From the NCBI GenBank assembly GCA_030390025.1, contig CM059431.1, positions 155,188,001-155,252,000 of the forward strand: DNA of 64,000 nucleotides. The letters run 5' to 3'. A model generated the notes under the pieces. That model worked only from the letters and a program-made list of their open reading frames with translations. It had not been told where the DNA came from and made no database searches. The position numbers were made by a program, and so were the translations under genes. Positions 1-11,445 of the stretch are shown piece by piece; the stretch's first letter is position 1; every line of letters begins with the position of its first letter. The stretch is from Squalus acanthias. Taxonomy: Eukaryota.

Positions 1-365
1 GCTCAGCTTCCTGAGCCACCACCACCTATCCAGGGGAATCCGTCCCTTGCAGGTGAGACACACATGTTTCCCCTCAGTGACACTGACCCTTGTAGCAACG
101 ACCTGTACCCTGGGGCACGGGATGGAGGCCTCCCCGTATGTGAACCCGGTCTGGCTGGAGTATTCTGTAGAGTTAAACCCTAGCAACCCTGGCCAGCTTC
201 CCTCATGGAAGTAAATAGCGAGCCCCTCCACACCCGGTTTGCCACCCCAGCGGTAACGATCGGCGCTCTCTCTCCCGAGCACCCATAAATGTGGGAGTCC
301 TCCACGTCACCTTCGTCGCCGATGCTCACCCCTACCAGGGCGAGCAGGAGCAGAACCTTTGTCAT
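1..365 (-). pseudogene. env: env-like glycoprotein N-terminus, disrupted
   Basis: ATG at 365 begins MTKVLLLLALVGVSIG (signal-peptide-like) and follows a splice acceptor (gtccctacag|, AG at 380-379). It lies downstream of pol. Stop at 182-180; an adjacent frame continues GFNSTEY... with an N-glycosylation sequon. Confidence 0.55.
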
Positions 366-1084
366 GCCGATTTCTTCTCTGTAGGGACACACAAATCAAA
401 TAGCCCTGTCCCGAGAAGGTTCTCTGGCTTGACAGGTGATCGAGTCTCGAAAATTGAAACTTACTTAGGTAAAATAAACTCACTAAAACTAAAACTACCA
501 AAACTGTAAAACACACCTAAAATACACTTTAAACTCTGTACATACGCCGCCCGTCTCTGGACGGCCAGGCTAAATCCAGTATGGCCTCTGTCTTGGCAGC
601 TTCTGAGCAGCCTGTTCTGCTGGGCGTAAGGTGGCCGTTACCGCAGGACCTTGAGAGTCCTTCTTAAAACAACTGAGGGTTTCCCTGAATCGCTGATAAT
701 CCGGGGAGTGTCCCCTCCTGTGCTACATCACACCGCCCCATTTGTTGTGGCTGCTGAGGCACTATCCTGTTCTGTGGGTTCCTCGCAGCCTGTGGCCGCT
801 GCCTGGGGATCCCTTTTCTTGGAATTAACCCTGACTTTGGCTATTCTCTTTCGGGTCGCAGCCCTTGCTGGGCTGAACCATTGAAGCTCTGGCGTCCACG
901 ATAGTTTTGGCTGTGGTGTGCGAGGAGACCTTCTTAGGACTCTCGCTACCGAGGGTGCGTCCGAGTCCCACATAATTGGTGGGGTGGCCCCTCCGGTGCG
1001 GTCTGTGAGTCTGCCACAGCTACATGCTGAGGATCTCTACCTTTAGGGCGTATCGCCTTTGCTGGCTGTTCCCCTTTGGGTTTA

Positions 1085-1368
1085 AACAGCTTACACTGGT
1101 TCATGTGGAATCACTTTGTCCGACGGGGCATCGTTATGGCGTAGACCGTCGGGCCTGACTTGTCGACAACGCTGTACAGCCCCATGTAGAGTGGTTCGAA
1201 ACTCTCTACCCGGGCAAAATTCCTAACCATGACCTGATCCCCTATCTCCCACTCGTGGTGCTTGCGGAGTTATAGCAGCAGTCGGTTACTCCGATGCTGT
1301 TTTCCCATGTTGCTAGCAGCCTGCCAGTGAACCTGTTTAAGGTTTTCAAACAGATTCCTGACGAAGCT
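1085..1368 (-). pseudogene. pol: Integrase C-terminal (GPY/F, SH3-like) region
   Basis: Manual translation WEIGDQVMVRNFARVESFEPLYMGLYSVVDKSGPTVYAITMPRRTK*FHMNQCKLF, with two in-frame stops in the region. Confidence 0.75.
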
Positions 1369-1414
1369 GTAGAAACATAGAAACATAGAAAATAGGTACA
1401 GGAGTAGACCATTC

Positions 1415-3140
1415 TGGGTGGGCGTGTTATGGGTGAGCAGGGTGATGGGAGATGTGCCTGTGAAGCTCAGTGATCTTTTCACAGCCCAGTGAGAGGCGAA
1501 GAGGTGCCTCTCACAGTTGGAATAGCACTTCTCCACATCGGTGAGTATCCTGGAGGAGTAAACCACCGGTCCCAGCCGGCCGTGCCTCACTTGGAGCAGC
1601 ACGGCACTCAGACTGTCCCCGCTGGCTGCCACCTCCAGGAAAAACTTACTCTCCCCATCAATAGCCACTGGAGCCGGTGCGGTCTGCAGATCTTTCTTTA
1701 ACTTGAGAAAGGCTGCCTCGCAACCCTCGTCCAAGGCCCACTCCACGCCCTGTGCAGGAGTCGGAGCAGAGGGGCTGCGGTGTCTGGATAATCCTCAATA
1801 AAATCTCTGCAGTACCCGGTTAGCCCAAGAAAGGATCTCACTCCTGTGACTGTGTTGGGGGCTGGTAACGTCTGCACTGCTTCCCTACTAGCTTTGTCGA
1901 TGGCCCTTTCCCCAGCGCGCACAGTTAGCCCTAGGCATTTTACTTCCTGTTGACCGTTCTGTAACTTTTTGGGGTTTACCTTGAAGCCTTCTTGCCGGAG
2001 CAGCTCCAGCAGTTCAGCCGGTAGTGGACCGTGTTCCACTCCCTCATCGGTGGACAGGAGTAGGTCATCCACATACTGTATCAACTGCCGGGGCTGGCTA
2101 AAGCTCTTCAAACAATTCGCCATGCATTGGTGAAAAATGCTAGGGCTGTTGTGGAAGCCCTGAGGTAGGCAGTTCCAGGTGTACTGTTGGCCTTTAAAAG
2201 TGAAGGCGAACTTGTACTGGTCCTCTCTTCGTAAAGGGATGTACCAAAGCCCGTTGGAAATGTTCAGCACTGTGAAAGTGGTCGCAGATGCTGGGATACT
2301 TCCGATGAGGTCGGCGACGGCTGCTACCGTGGGTGCACAGTCGGGGATGTTACGGTTGAGTACCCGATAGTCCACTGTGGCCCTCGAGGAGTTGTCCGGT
2401 TTTCTAACCGGCCACAGTGGAAAGTTTACATGTGTGGCTATCGGTCTCAATACCCCCTGTGCTACTAAAGAAGCCATGGCCTTTTCCATGTCGGCTTCTG
2501 CATCCCTGGGGAAATTGTACTGCTTCTGTGGTTGGGTCATGGGGTCCCCGCTGACAATAACCTCGACCCCGTTTACCCTCCCATAATCGTGCTTGTGAGT
2601 GGCAAATGCTGCGAGGTGTACTCGCACAAATGCCTGATATGCCATCAGAGTGTTACTGACCATTCGATCGAGGTCGTAACCTTCCTTTGGTTTCAGGGTG
2701 CAAAAGGTCCCCTTGCCCTGTTTCCCTGGGATGACTGCCACTTCACTTTCTCTGCCTGTACATGCTCCCCACAGACAGTGGTTCCTAAGATCCACTCGAA
2801 TCCTTAGGCCTATGATAATGTTGGCCCCCAGGATAACCGTCCCTTCCCATTCCCAGTTCATCAGGACACAGGTCCTCTTGGTGTGGAGTGCTCCTAAATG
2901 AATAGACAGCGGGATGGAGAACGAGCCAGCCTGCTCGTTACCTGCAAACCCCACTAAACTGTACGGGACCCAATTAGACAGAGGTGAGGCGGCGGAGTTC
3001 CCTGAATAGACTATGGTGCTGAAAGTTCCAGTATCTAACAGATAATTCACTTTCACCTTCTCTACTTCCATCTTAACGAGTGGTCTCTTCCAGGCGTCGT
3101 ACTCCAAGAGACACAGGTAGACAGGCTGCGCTGGTTCCAG
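1415..3140 (-). pseudogene. pol: Protease - reverse transcriptase - degenerate RNase H/tether
   Basis: ORF 1698..3107 has YLLDTG, WPVRKPD, VDYRVLN, FAFTF, LPQGFHNSP, QYVDDLL, RSFLGLTGYCR. After a frameshift near 1750, ORF 1270..1746 carries FFLEVAAS...VVYSSRILT...ERHL. Confidence 0.92.
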
Positions 3141-3805
3141 TCATGAGTCTGATTTGCGGGGTGTTGGGGGGCAATGGGGTTAAAGCACCAGTGGCGGTGG
3201 CAACTTTCCCCGGGCCGTTGACTAGAGCTCGGATTACGGCCATGACCGAGTCTAGCTTGGGGGAAGTGGTCGGTGCTTCGCTGCTTGGGGCAGGTGCTGG
3301 GGAGTTCTTCCCTACGTTATACTTCCACGGAATCCTACAGTCTTTTCTCCAATGCCAACTCTTCCCGCAACCGAAGCAGTTACGATTCGTGTCAGAAGGG
3401 TTACCCCCTTCCTGGTGCCAGTCTTTCCTTTTACTAGGCCTTATTTCGTGGACCTTTCCCTCAGGTGGGTGCTCTTCTGTTCCTCTACCATTCCGGTAAG
3501 CCAGGGCCAGTGGTCTGACCACTGTCTCCTCGGTGACCCGGGGGTCGTTCGGGTCAAACCGCAGCTCAGATTGGCCCTGATCCGTGGCAAGCTGTTTGCC
3601 ACTAGGCTTCGGAGCAAGTGGGCCATCTCATTCTGATTCAGGTGAGCCCGGTCGAGAACCCAATTACAGGCACTCCTGTACACAGGCCACAGTCGGTCTG
3701 CGAATGCCTGTGGGGTCTCCCCTACTAGCTGGGTTGTCTTCTCCACCCAGGAGAAGGGACTACCATCATTCATTCCCATGGCCTGCAGAACTTCCTCCCG
3801 GATAG
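3073..3805 (-). pseudogene. gag: gag C-terminal half (capsid and nucleocapsid), frameshifted
   Basis: ORF 3441..3779 (QLVGETPQAFADRL, capsid-like) and ORF 3073..3522 with the CX2CX4HX4C knuckle CFGCGKSWHWRKDC. Confidence 0.85.
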
Positions 3806-3811
3806 CAGCGT

Positions 3812-5783
3812 ATCACTAAGTGGTATGCCAGAACATTTGGAATTTTTTAGAAACCAGCAAAGGATGACTAAAAAATAATAAAAAGGTGGAAAATAGATTA
3901 TGAGAGTAAACTAACAAGAAATATAAAAACAAACAGTAAAGCTTCTCCAAGTATATATAAGGAAGAGAGTTGCTAAAAAAAAGTGTTGGTCCCTTAGAGG
4001 CTGAGACTGGGAATTAATAATGGAAACAAGGACATGGCATGGACATTCAACAAATATTTTGCATCTGTCTTCACGGCAGAATACACTAAAAGAATCCCAT
4101 TAATAATAGATAATCAAGGGGCAAAGGTGAGGGAGGAACTTAAAACAATCACTATCACTAGAAAAAAAGTACTAGGCAAACTAATTGGACAAAAGGCTAA
4201 CAAATCCGTTGGGCCTGATGGCTGCATTCTAGGGTCTTAAAAGAAGTGGCTGCAGAAATAGTGAATGCATTGGTTGTAATCTTCCAAGGTTCCCAGATTC
4301 TGGAAAGGTTCCAGCGCAATGGAAAACCGCTAATGTAACGCCCCTTTTCAAGAAAGGAGCGAGACAGAAATCAGGAAACTATAGGCCAGTTAGTGTAACA
4401 TCTGTCATTGGGAAAATGCTGGATTCCATTATTAAGGGAGTAGCAGCACGACTGTTAGAAAATCATAGTACAATCAAGCAGAGTGTACATGGTTTTATGA
4501 AAGGGAAATCGTGATTGAAAAATTTATTTGAGTTGTTTGTGGATGTAACGATCAGGGTGGATCAATGGGAATCAGTAGATGCAGCGTAATTGGATTTCCA
4601 AAAGGCATTCGCTAAGGTACCAAATAAAAGGTTACTGCACAAGATAAGAGCTCACGGTGTTGGGGGTAATATATTAGCATGGATAGAGGATTGGCTAACT
4701 AACAGAAAACAGAGAGTGGGGATAAATGGGTCATTTTCAGGTTGGCAAACTGTAACTAGTGGGGTGCCACAGGGATCAGTGTTGGGGCCTCAATTATTTA
4801 CAATTTATTTCAATGACTTGGATGAATTGACCGAGTGTACTGTAGACAGGTTTGCTGAGGATACAAAGATAGGTGAGAAAACAAGTTGTGTGGAGGGCAT
4901 CAAGTGTCTGCAAATCGATATAGATAGGTTAAATGAGTGGGCACAAAAATTGGCAGATGGAGTATAATTTGGGAAAATGTGAGGTTATCCACTTTGGTAG
5001 TAAGAATGGAAAAGCAAAATATTATTTAAATGGAGCGAGACTGCAGAATGCTGCGATACAAATGGATCTGGTTGTCCTCGTACATGAAACACAAACAACT
5101 TCGCATGCAGGTATAGCAAGTAATTAGGAAGGCAAATGGAATGTTGGCCTTTATTGCAAGGGAGATGGAGAATAAAAGTAGGGAAATCTTGCTACAACTT
5201 TACAGGGCGTTGGTGAGACCACACCTGTACTACTGCGTACAGTTTTAAGTCTCCTTATTTAAGGAGGGATCTTCTTGCATTGGAGGCAGTTCAGAGAAGG
5301 TTCACGAGATTGATTCCTGTGAAAGAAGGGTTGTCTTATGAGGAAAGGTTGAGCAGGTTGGGCCTATTCTCATTGGAGTTTCGAAGAATGAGAGGTGATC
5401 TTATTGAAACATAAGATTCTGAGGGGGTTTAACAGGGTAGATGCTGAAAGGATGTTTCCCCTAGCGGGGGACTCTAGAACTAGGGCGCATAGTTTAAGGA
5501 TAAGGGGTCGCCCATTCAAGACGGAGATGAGGAGGAATTTCTTCTCTCAGAGGTTCGTGAATCTTTGAAATTCTCTACCTCAGAGAGCTGTGGAGGCGGA
5601 GTCATTGAATATATTTAAGGTGGAGATAATTGAGCTACAGGAGAGTCAAGGGTTATGGGAAACTGGCAGGAACGTGGAGCTGAGCCAAAGATCAGATCGG
5701 CCATTATCTTATTGAATGGCGGAGCAGGCTCGAGGGTCCAAATGACCTACGCCTGCTCCTATTTCTTATGTTCTTATGTTCTT
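3812..5783 (+). mobile_element. CR1 LINE, 5'-truncated, decayed ORF2
   Basis: RT fragments (DFQKAF, GVPQGSVLGP, FAEDTK) and a 3' tail of ttcttatg repeats. Confidence 0.9.
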
Positions 5784-5984
5784 ACCTGCTGCTGGAATAC
5801 TTAGAATTGCTTTGATGTATCTTATTTGGTGGATGGCGATTTAGCTATGTAGCAGGATGGAAAAGGAAGCAGAAAAGATCATCAGGCATGGGACAGATGG
5901 AAAGGAAAGCAGGACGAGAATCAGATATAGACCAAGAGGGTGGATGGAAATGAGATAGATCGGGCACGGAGCGTAGAAAATAAT

Positions 5985-8690
5985 CATAGAATCATACAGC
6001 ACAGAAGGAGTTCATTCGGACCATCACTCCTATTTCGGCTCTTTGAAAGAGCTGTCTAATAAAGTGCCATGCCCCAGATATTTCCGCGTAACCCTGCAAA
6101 TGAGTTCTCTTCAAGTACATGTCCAATTGTCTGTTAAAAGTTCCTATGGAATCTGCTTCCAACACCCTTTCAAGTAATGCATTCCAGCTCTTAACAATTT
6201 CCTTTATGAAATATTTTAAATGTATGACCTCTAGTTACCTACAGACATGCCAGAGCAAATATTTTCTCTCTACCTGCTCTATCAAAACCCCTCATGATTT
6301 CGAATACCTCTAGTAGGTTGCTCCTTACCATTCTCTGCTCTAAGGAGAACCATCCAACCTTCTCTAATCTCCACATAACTGAAGTCGCTCATCAGTGGTA
6401 TCATCCTGGTATGCCCCTGTTTGTACACTCTCCAGGCCTTTGACATCCTTCCTAAAGTTTGCTCCCCAGAATTGTACAAAATACAAAATATTCCAGCTGA
6501 GGCCAAACCACAGACTTAGAAAGGTTTAGCATGGCTTCCTTGATTGTGTATTCAATGCCTTTATTTACAAAGCCAGGTATCCCATACGCTTTTTAAACAC
6601 CTGCTCAATTTGCCCTGCCACATGCAAATATCTGTGAATATGCAACACAGGTCCCTCTGCTCTTGCACCTCCTCAAATAAATACCATTTCGATTATACTG
6701 CCTCGCCATTTTGTTTCTCCCAAAGTGCATCACTTCAAAGTTAAATGTATGACATTAAATAGCATCTGTCATGTGTCTGCCCATTTCACCAGTCTGTTTA
6801 CATGCTCCTGAAGTCCACTTCTATCATGTTAACTATTTACTACGTTTCCCAGTTTTGTATCGGCCGCAATTTATATATTAACAGAAAAGCAATGGTCCTA
6901 ATTTCGACACTTGTCGGACCCCACTGCATACTTATCTCCAGTCAGAAAATAAACATTATTTCAATAATAATCTCCGCCTCCTATCCCTCAGCTAATTTGG
7001 TACCCAAGTTACCACCCTCCGTGTAATACTGACTGCTCCTATTTTCCGTATAAGTCTGATACGGGGTACTTCAACAAATGCCTTTAGAAAGTCCATATAT
7101 ACAACATCTACTCTACTAACTTCATCAGCCCTCTGTGATAATTCATTAAAGAACTTAATCAAGTTAGTCAGAAACGATTTGCTTTTAACAAATCCGTGCT
7201 GGCTGTCCCTTATAAACCCATGCTTCCCGAAGTGAGAATGAATGTCCTTTCCCCCGGTCTTTAGTTGTATTCCCACCACTGAAGTTGACTGACTGACCTG
7301 ATTTACCCTTCTCACATTTTTGAACAAGGATGCAACGTTTTTGCAATCCGATAACCATCTGGCACCTCTCCAATTTAAAGATTACGGTTAGTGCTTTTGC
7401 TAACTCACTCCTAGGTCCCGTCAACAAGCTGGGATGTATCCCATCTCGACCCACTGAATTTCTGATTTTAAGTGATGCCACCGCATTTCTACCTACCTTT
7501 ATCCTATCCAATAGCAAGACAGCTCGCTCCTCTGCTCCACCATTATCTTATTCCTCCTCTTTTGTGAAGACAGATGCAAAGTACTCATTCAGAGCACCTT
7601 CTGATTCCTGAGGAAATTTCCCATTCTGCCCCAAATGGGCCCCACCATTCTTTAAACTAATCTTTTACTTTTTATATGTTTAGAAAAGTGTTTGGGTTTC
7701 CTTTTATGTTACCTGCTAATCATTTCTAATATGATCTCATTGCACTTTTGAAATCCATTTTCATACACCCTGCACTATCTGTAATGTACCTGGTTTTCGA
7801 TTGCATTATGTACCTGATATTTGTCATAAACATCCTTTTCCTGTTTTATATTAAACATAGAAACTAGGAGCTGGAGTAGGCCATTCGGCCCGTCGAGCCT
7901 GCTCCACCATTCAATACGATCATGGCTGATCATCCAAATCCAGTACCCTGTCCCTGCTTTCTCACACAGAATCCCCATCGAGCCTACACCGACACATCTC
8001 CCACCCTATCCCCGTAACCCCACGTATTTAATTCCCCCTAACATATCCCTTCCTATCCTATCCCCGTAACCCCACATATTTAATCCCCCCCCTAACACTA
8101 AGGGTCAATTTATCATAGCCAAATCAACCTAACCCGCACATTTTTGGACTGTGAGAGGAAACCGGAGCACCCGGAGGAAACCCACGCAGACACGGGGAGA
8201 ATGCGCAAACTCCACACAGACAGTCACCCGAGGCCAGATTCGAACCCGGGTCACTGGCGCTGTGAGGCACCAGTGCTAACCATTATGCCACCGTGTTGCT
8301 CTATTGCTTTTGTCATCCATGGAACTCTAGCTTTGAAAGCTCATGCTTTCTTCTTTGTGGGAAGATGCTTGGTTTGTACCCGAACACTCTCTGCCTTAAA
8401 AGATTGACATTGCTTATTTAATGTTTCTTCAGCCAGTTTTTGTTTCCAGTGCACCTGTGCCAGTTGCCTCCTCAAATCAATGACATTGGCTCTCTTCCAA
8501 ATGGTTTTTTTCACTGTTGATTTTTCTTTGACACATCCCATAACTTCTGAAAAACGTAATTATTTGTCATATAATCTTCCATTTATAAACAATCCGATCT
8601 TGTCCTACTTCATTCCCAAGAACTGTTTCCTTCCTCGTTGGGCTAGAAACATCTCGATTAAGAAAGTGCTCCTGTACTCATTTTTGTAAT
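5985..8690 (-). mobile_element. Older CR1 LINE fragments, interrupted by a short CR1 3' end (about 7853-7965) and a V-SINE
   Basis: Minus-strand ORFs with SQHGFVKSKSFLTNL and VDVVYMDF; tail atcatagaatcatacag at the left end. Confidence 0.8.
7968..8297 (-). mobile_element. tRNA-derived V-SINE (HE1-like)
   Basis: The reverse complement has an A box (TGGCATAATGG), a B box (GGTTCGAATC) and the V-domain core gtggagtttgcgcattctccccgtgtctgcgtgggtttcctccgggtgctccggtttcc. Confidence 0.9.
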
Positions 8691-9934
8691 TCTTCAGAGT
8701 TCAGCTTGAAGAAGAGGAGGAAAGGAAGGGCAAAGGGCCAATTAGAATTGCTGCAGGTGGGGGACTGAATAAATGCTTGGGGAGAGTGTTAGGGACGGAG
8801 GAATATTGTAGAGCTGCAGGCGTTTACAGGTGCAATGTGACATTCAGGCATTGAGCAGGTGGAATCAAAATACATCTGCGGAAGGGAAGTTACGGCAGAA
8901 TAAGACATAGAGCTGATGGGAATGGAAACCGGGGAAGAAAGAAAAATGGATCCGGCTGCGAATGGAAGCAAACATTAAAACTAAGGAGCTGAATAAGCGA
9001 GAGCAACAGACAGGTAAAAGGCATTGATTTCAGGCACGATGCAGTGGGAGCCGGAAACAGACTGGGAGCAGCAGCACAGAGAAGCAGGAAAGGAAAGAGA
9101 CACAGAGGAATCACAAGATGTAACATGAACTTTTAACATTCATATTAAATAAAAATTCTGGTTCGCAATTTAATTTAATGTTCAGAGTTTCTCACTCTCA
9201 CAATAAATTGAATCCGTTGGCAAACAGTTAAAAGAAAGATTAAATTAAAATGGGATATTACATCACCAGCACTACAAGTTAACAAGCCGATGAAGCGGAG
9301 TTTAACCCACACATTTGCTCAGTAGTTCCAGTACGTGAAACTTGGAGCCTGAAAACCATGAATTCGACCAACCTGATAAAGGCCCAAACTGTTACTCATT
9401 AACTAGAGACTATTTGCCGGAGATTATAATCATCGATCTTTGTCCCTCGCTATCTCTTCCCTTTCATAGTCCTTTAATACGTATTTTTATGGTGAGTAAT
9501 TAAATTAGATCCCGGCTACAGAACCCGGTTTCACTTTGGGGTCTTCTGAACAGCAGATGGAAGAGCTAGGATAATATGTATTCATTGTTACCACACAGAG
9601 GAGTAATGACTTTGCCTAAAAGTTGAATTCTTTCAATTTGCATCAGACCATTTGTGATTCAGATCGAGATTTGCACCAGGAATCAGCCCGATGAGGGATT
9701 TTAATGATCAGGCTGATCTTGACTGAAGGTTGTGTTCATGACTGTGTTGTGTAACTGACCTTCAACCAGGGTGTGTTCATTAACCGCCAGAACCCACAAC
9801 GCTAATTAACCCAGAAGCTCTGGAACTGCACAAAGGAACCGCAGCACAAGGTAAGGACGTCGAATATTCTGAGCACAATTATGGTGTTTTAATTCAACGA
9901 AATTGCCGTTTATTTGTGAAGTAGTGCAAAGAAA

Positions 9935-10670
9935 ATTGGACCGGATTTTGCGCTCAGCGGCGAACGATCGGCGCTCACTGTTCATTTTGCTTACAGCGGC
10001 CCACAACATTTTAGCCGGCTCTTCCTCTGCGGCTTGCGGTAATTAGAAATCCATTTGAGCGCGGCTTTCCTTCCAGGGGACCTGGGACCTCTGTGGACAG
10101 GGCGAGGAACAGCGTGTCTCCTCAACCAATCATATCGATAAATCCTTACTGAGACACACAGAGTTTAAACCAGGAAATGAAAATTAGAACATTTAATTGA
10201 ATTTAAAATCATGTGCAGAAACCGAAATAAAGAGAAAGAGAGAGAAAATAAGTTCCAATTAAGAGAGAGATAAAAGAAACAGAAAGAGAAATTGAGAGTT
10301 TTTTTTAAAATCTCCAACAATAATTAAAATGTGAAAGGAATGCGACTCCACACTTGTGAAAGTAAATTTTCAATGCCAGTGATGTTGTTTGGTATCAATT
10401 AAGACTTACTACTCCGTGAAAGATTCTCTTACACTTAAGTGAACATGCCTTAACTTTTCTGGCGTGTTTATTGTTTATCTTGTGTGCAAGTACCATTCAT
10501 ATTGAATCTATCTGCGGTTTACCGGTGTAGCGAAGCTTGTGGTGGAGTCGGCGAAACCATTCAGCAACTTCCCTATTTCCACGTGTGTGGACTCTGCAGG
10601 TTGGTGTCCGATTTACTCCATAATAATGATGAGTGCTGATAGTCTCACTGCTATTCTTACCGGAAAATCA
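9935..10670. mobile_element. Decayed non-autonomous DNA transposon (MITE-like)
   Basis: Starts near ggaccggattttgc and ends near ccggaaaatc, which is partly complementary. GC-rich ends and an AT-rich middle resemble the element at 37730-38473. Confidence 0.4.
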
Positions 10671-10869
10671 TTTGTAATGTTAACCTAACAATAGTGGATC
10701 AGGTATCAATTATTTTTGACCAAAAATTAATGTATTGACAGTTGAGTCAATTAACAGAATAAAACTTGCAAATGCAATCTCACACGCTAAATGTCTGCTG
10801 CTGTAAAATAGTATTCAAGTATATTTGTCGTTTATAACAGGTTTAGAATCAAAGCGTTAGAATTCGATA

Positions 10870-11445
10870 TCATAGAATCATGCAGAATGAGGCCATTCGG
10901 CTCATCGAGCCTGTGTCGGCTCTTTGAAAGAACAATCCATTTAGTCCCACTCATCTGCACTCTCGATATAGTCCTGCGATGTTCTTCCCTTTGAGTATTT
11001 ATCCAATTCGTTTTGAAATGTTCTACTGAACCTGCTTCCATCACATTTCAGGCAGTGCATTCCAGATCATAATGAAAGAAACTCCTCATTTCACTTCTGG
11101 CTCTTTTGCCAATTACATTAAATCTATGTCCTTTGATTGCCGACCTTGCTGCCAGTGTAAATAGATTCTCCTCAATTATTCTATCAAAAAAGTGATTATT
11201 TTGAACGCCTCTATTAAATCTACCCGTAATATTCTCTGCTCTAAGGAGAACAATCGCAGCTTCTCTAGTCTCCCCATATAACCTAAGCCCCGAATATCAT
11301 TACAGCAACTGATCTCTGCACACTCCTCAAGGCCTTAACAGCAGTCCAAAAGTATGGTGCCCAGAATTGGAAATAATACTCCACCTGAGGCCTAACCGGC
11401 GATGGCTAAAGGTTTATCATAACTTCCCTGGTTCTGTTCTCTATG
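10870..11445 (-). mobile_element. CR1 3' fragment
   Basis: Tail atcatagaatcat and CR1 3' ORF2/UTR sequence. Confidence 0.8.

Larger units (their letters stand above)
1..3810 (-). mobile_element. Decayed endogenous retrovirus-like LTR retroelement (gag-pro-pol-env-like); 5' part truncated by a CR1, 3' part runs off the window
   Basis: Minus-strand order: gag with CCHC knuckle, LLDTG protease, RT (LPQGFHNSP, YVDD), RNase-H-like domain, IN C-terminal module, then a signal-peptide ORF. Several stops and frameshifts. No LTR visible in the window. Confidence 0.9.

Noticed and set aside
8200..8297. tRNA-like sequence with A and B boxes
   Set aside because: It is the head of a V-SINE, not a tRNA gene.
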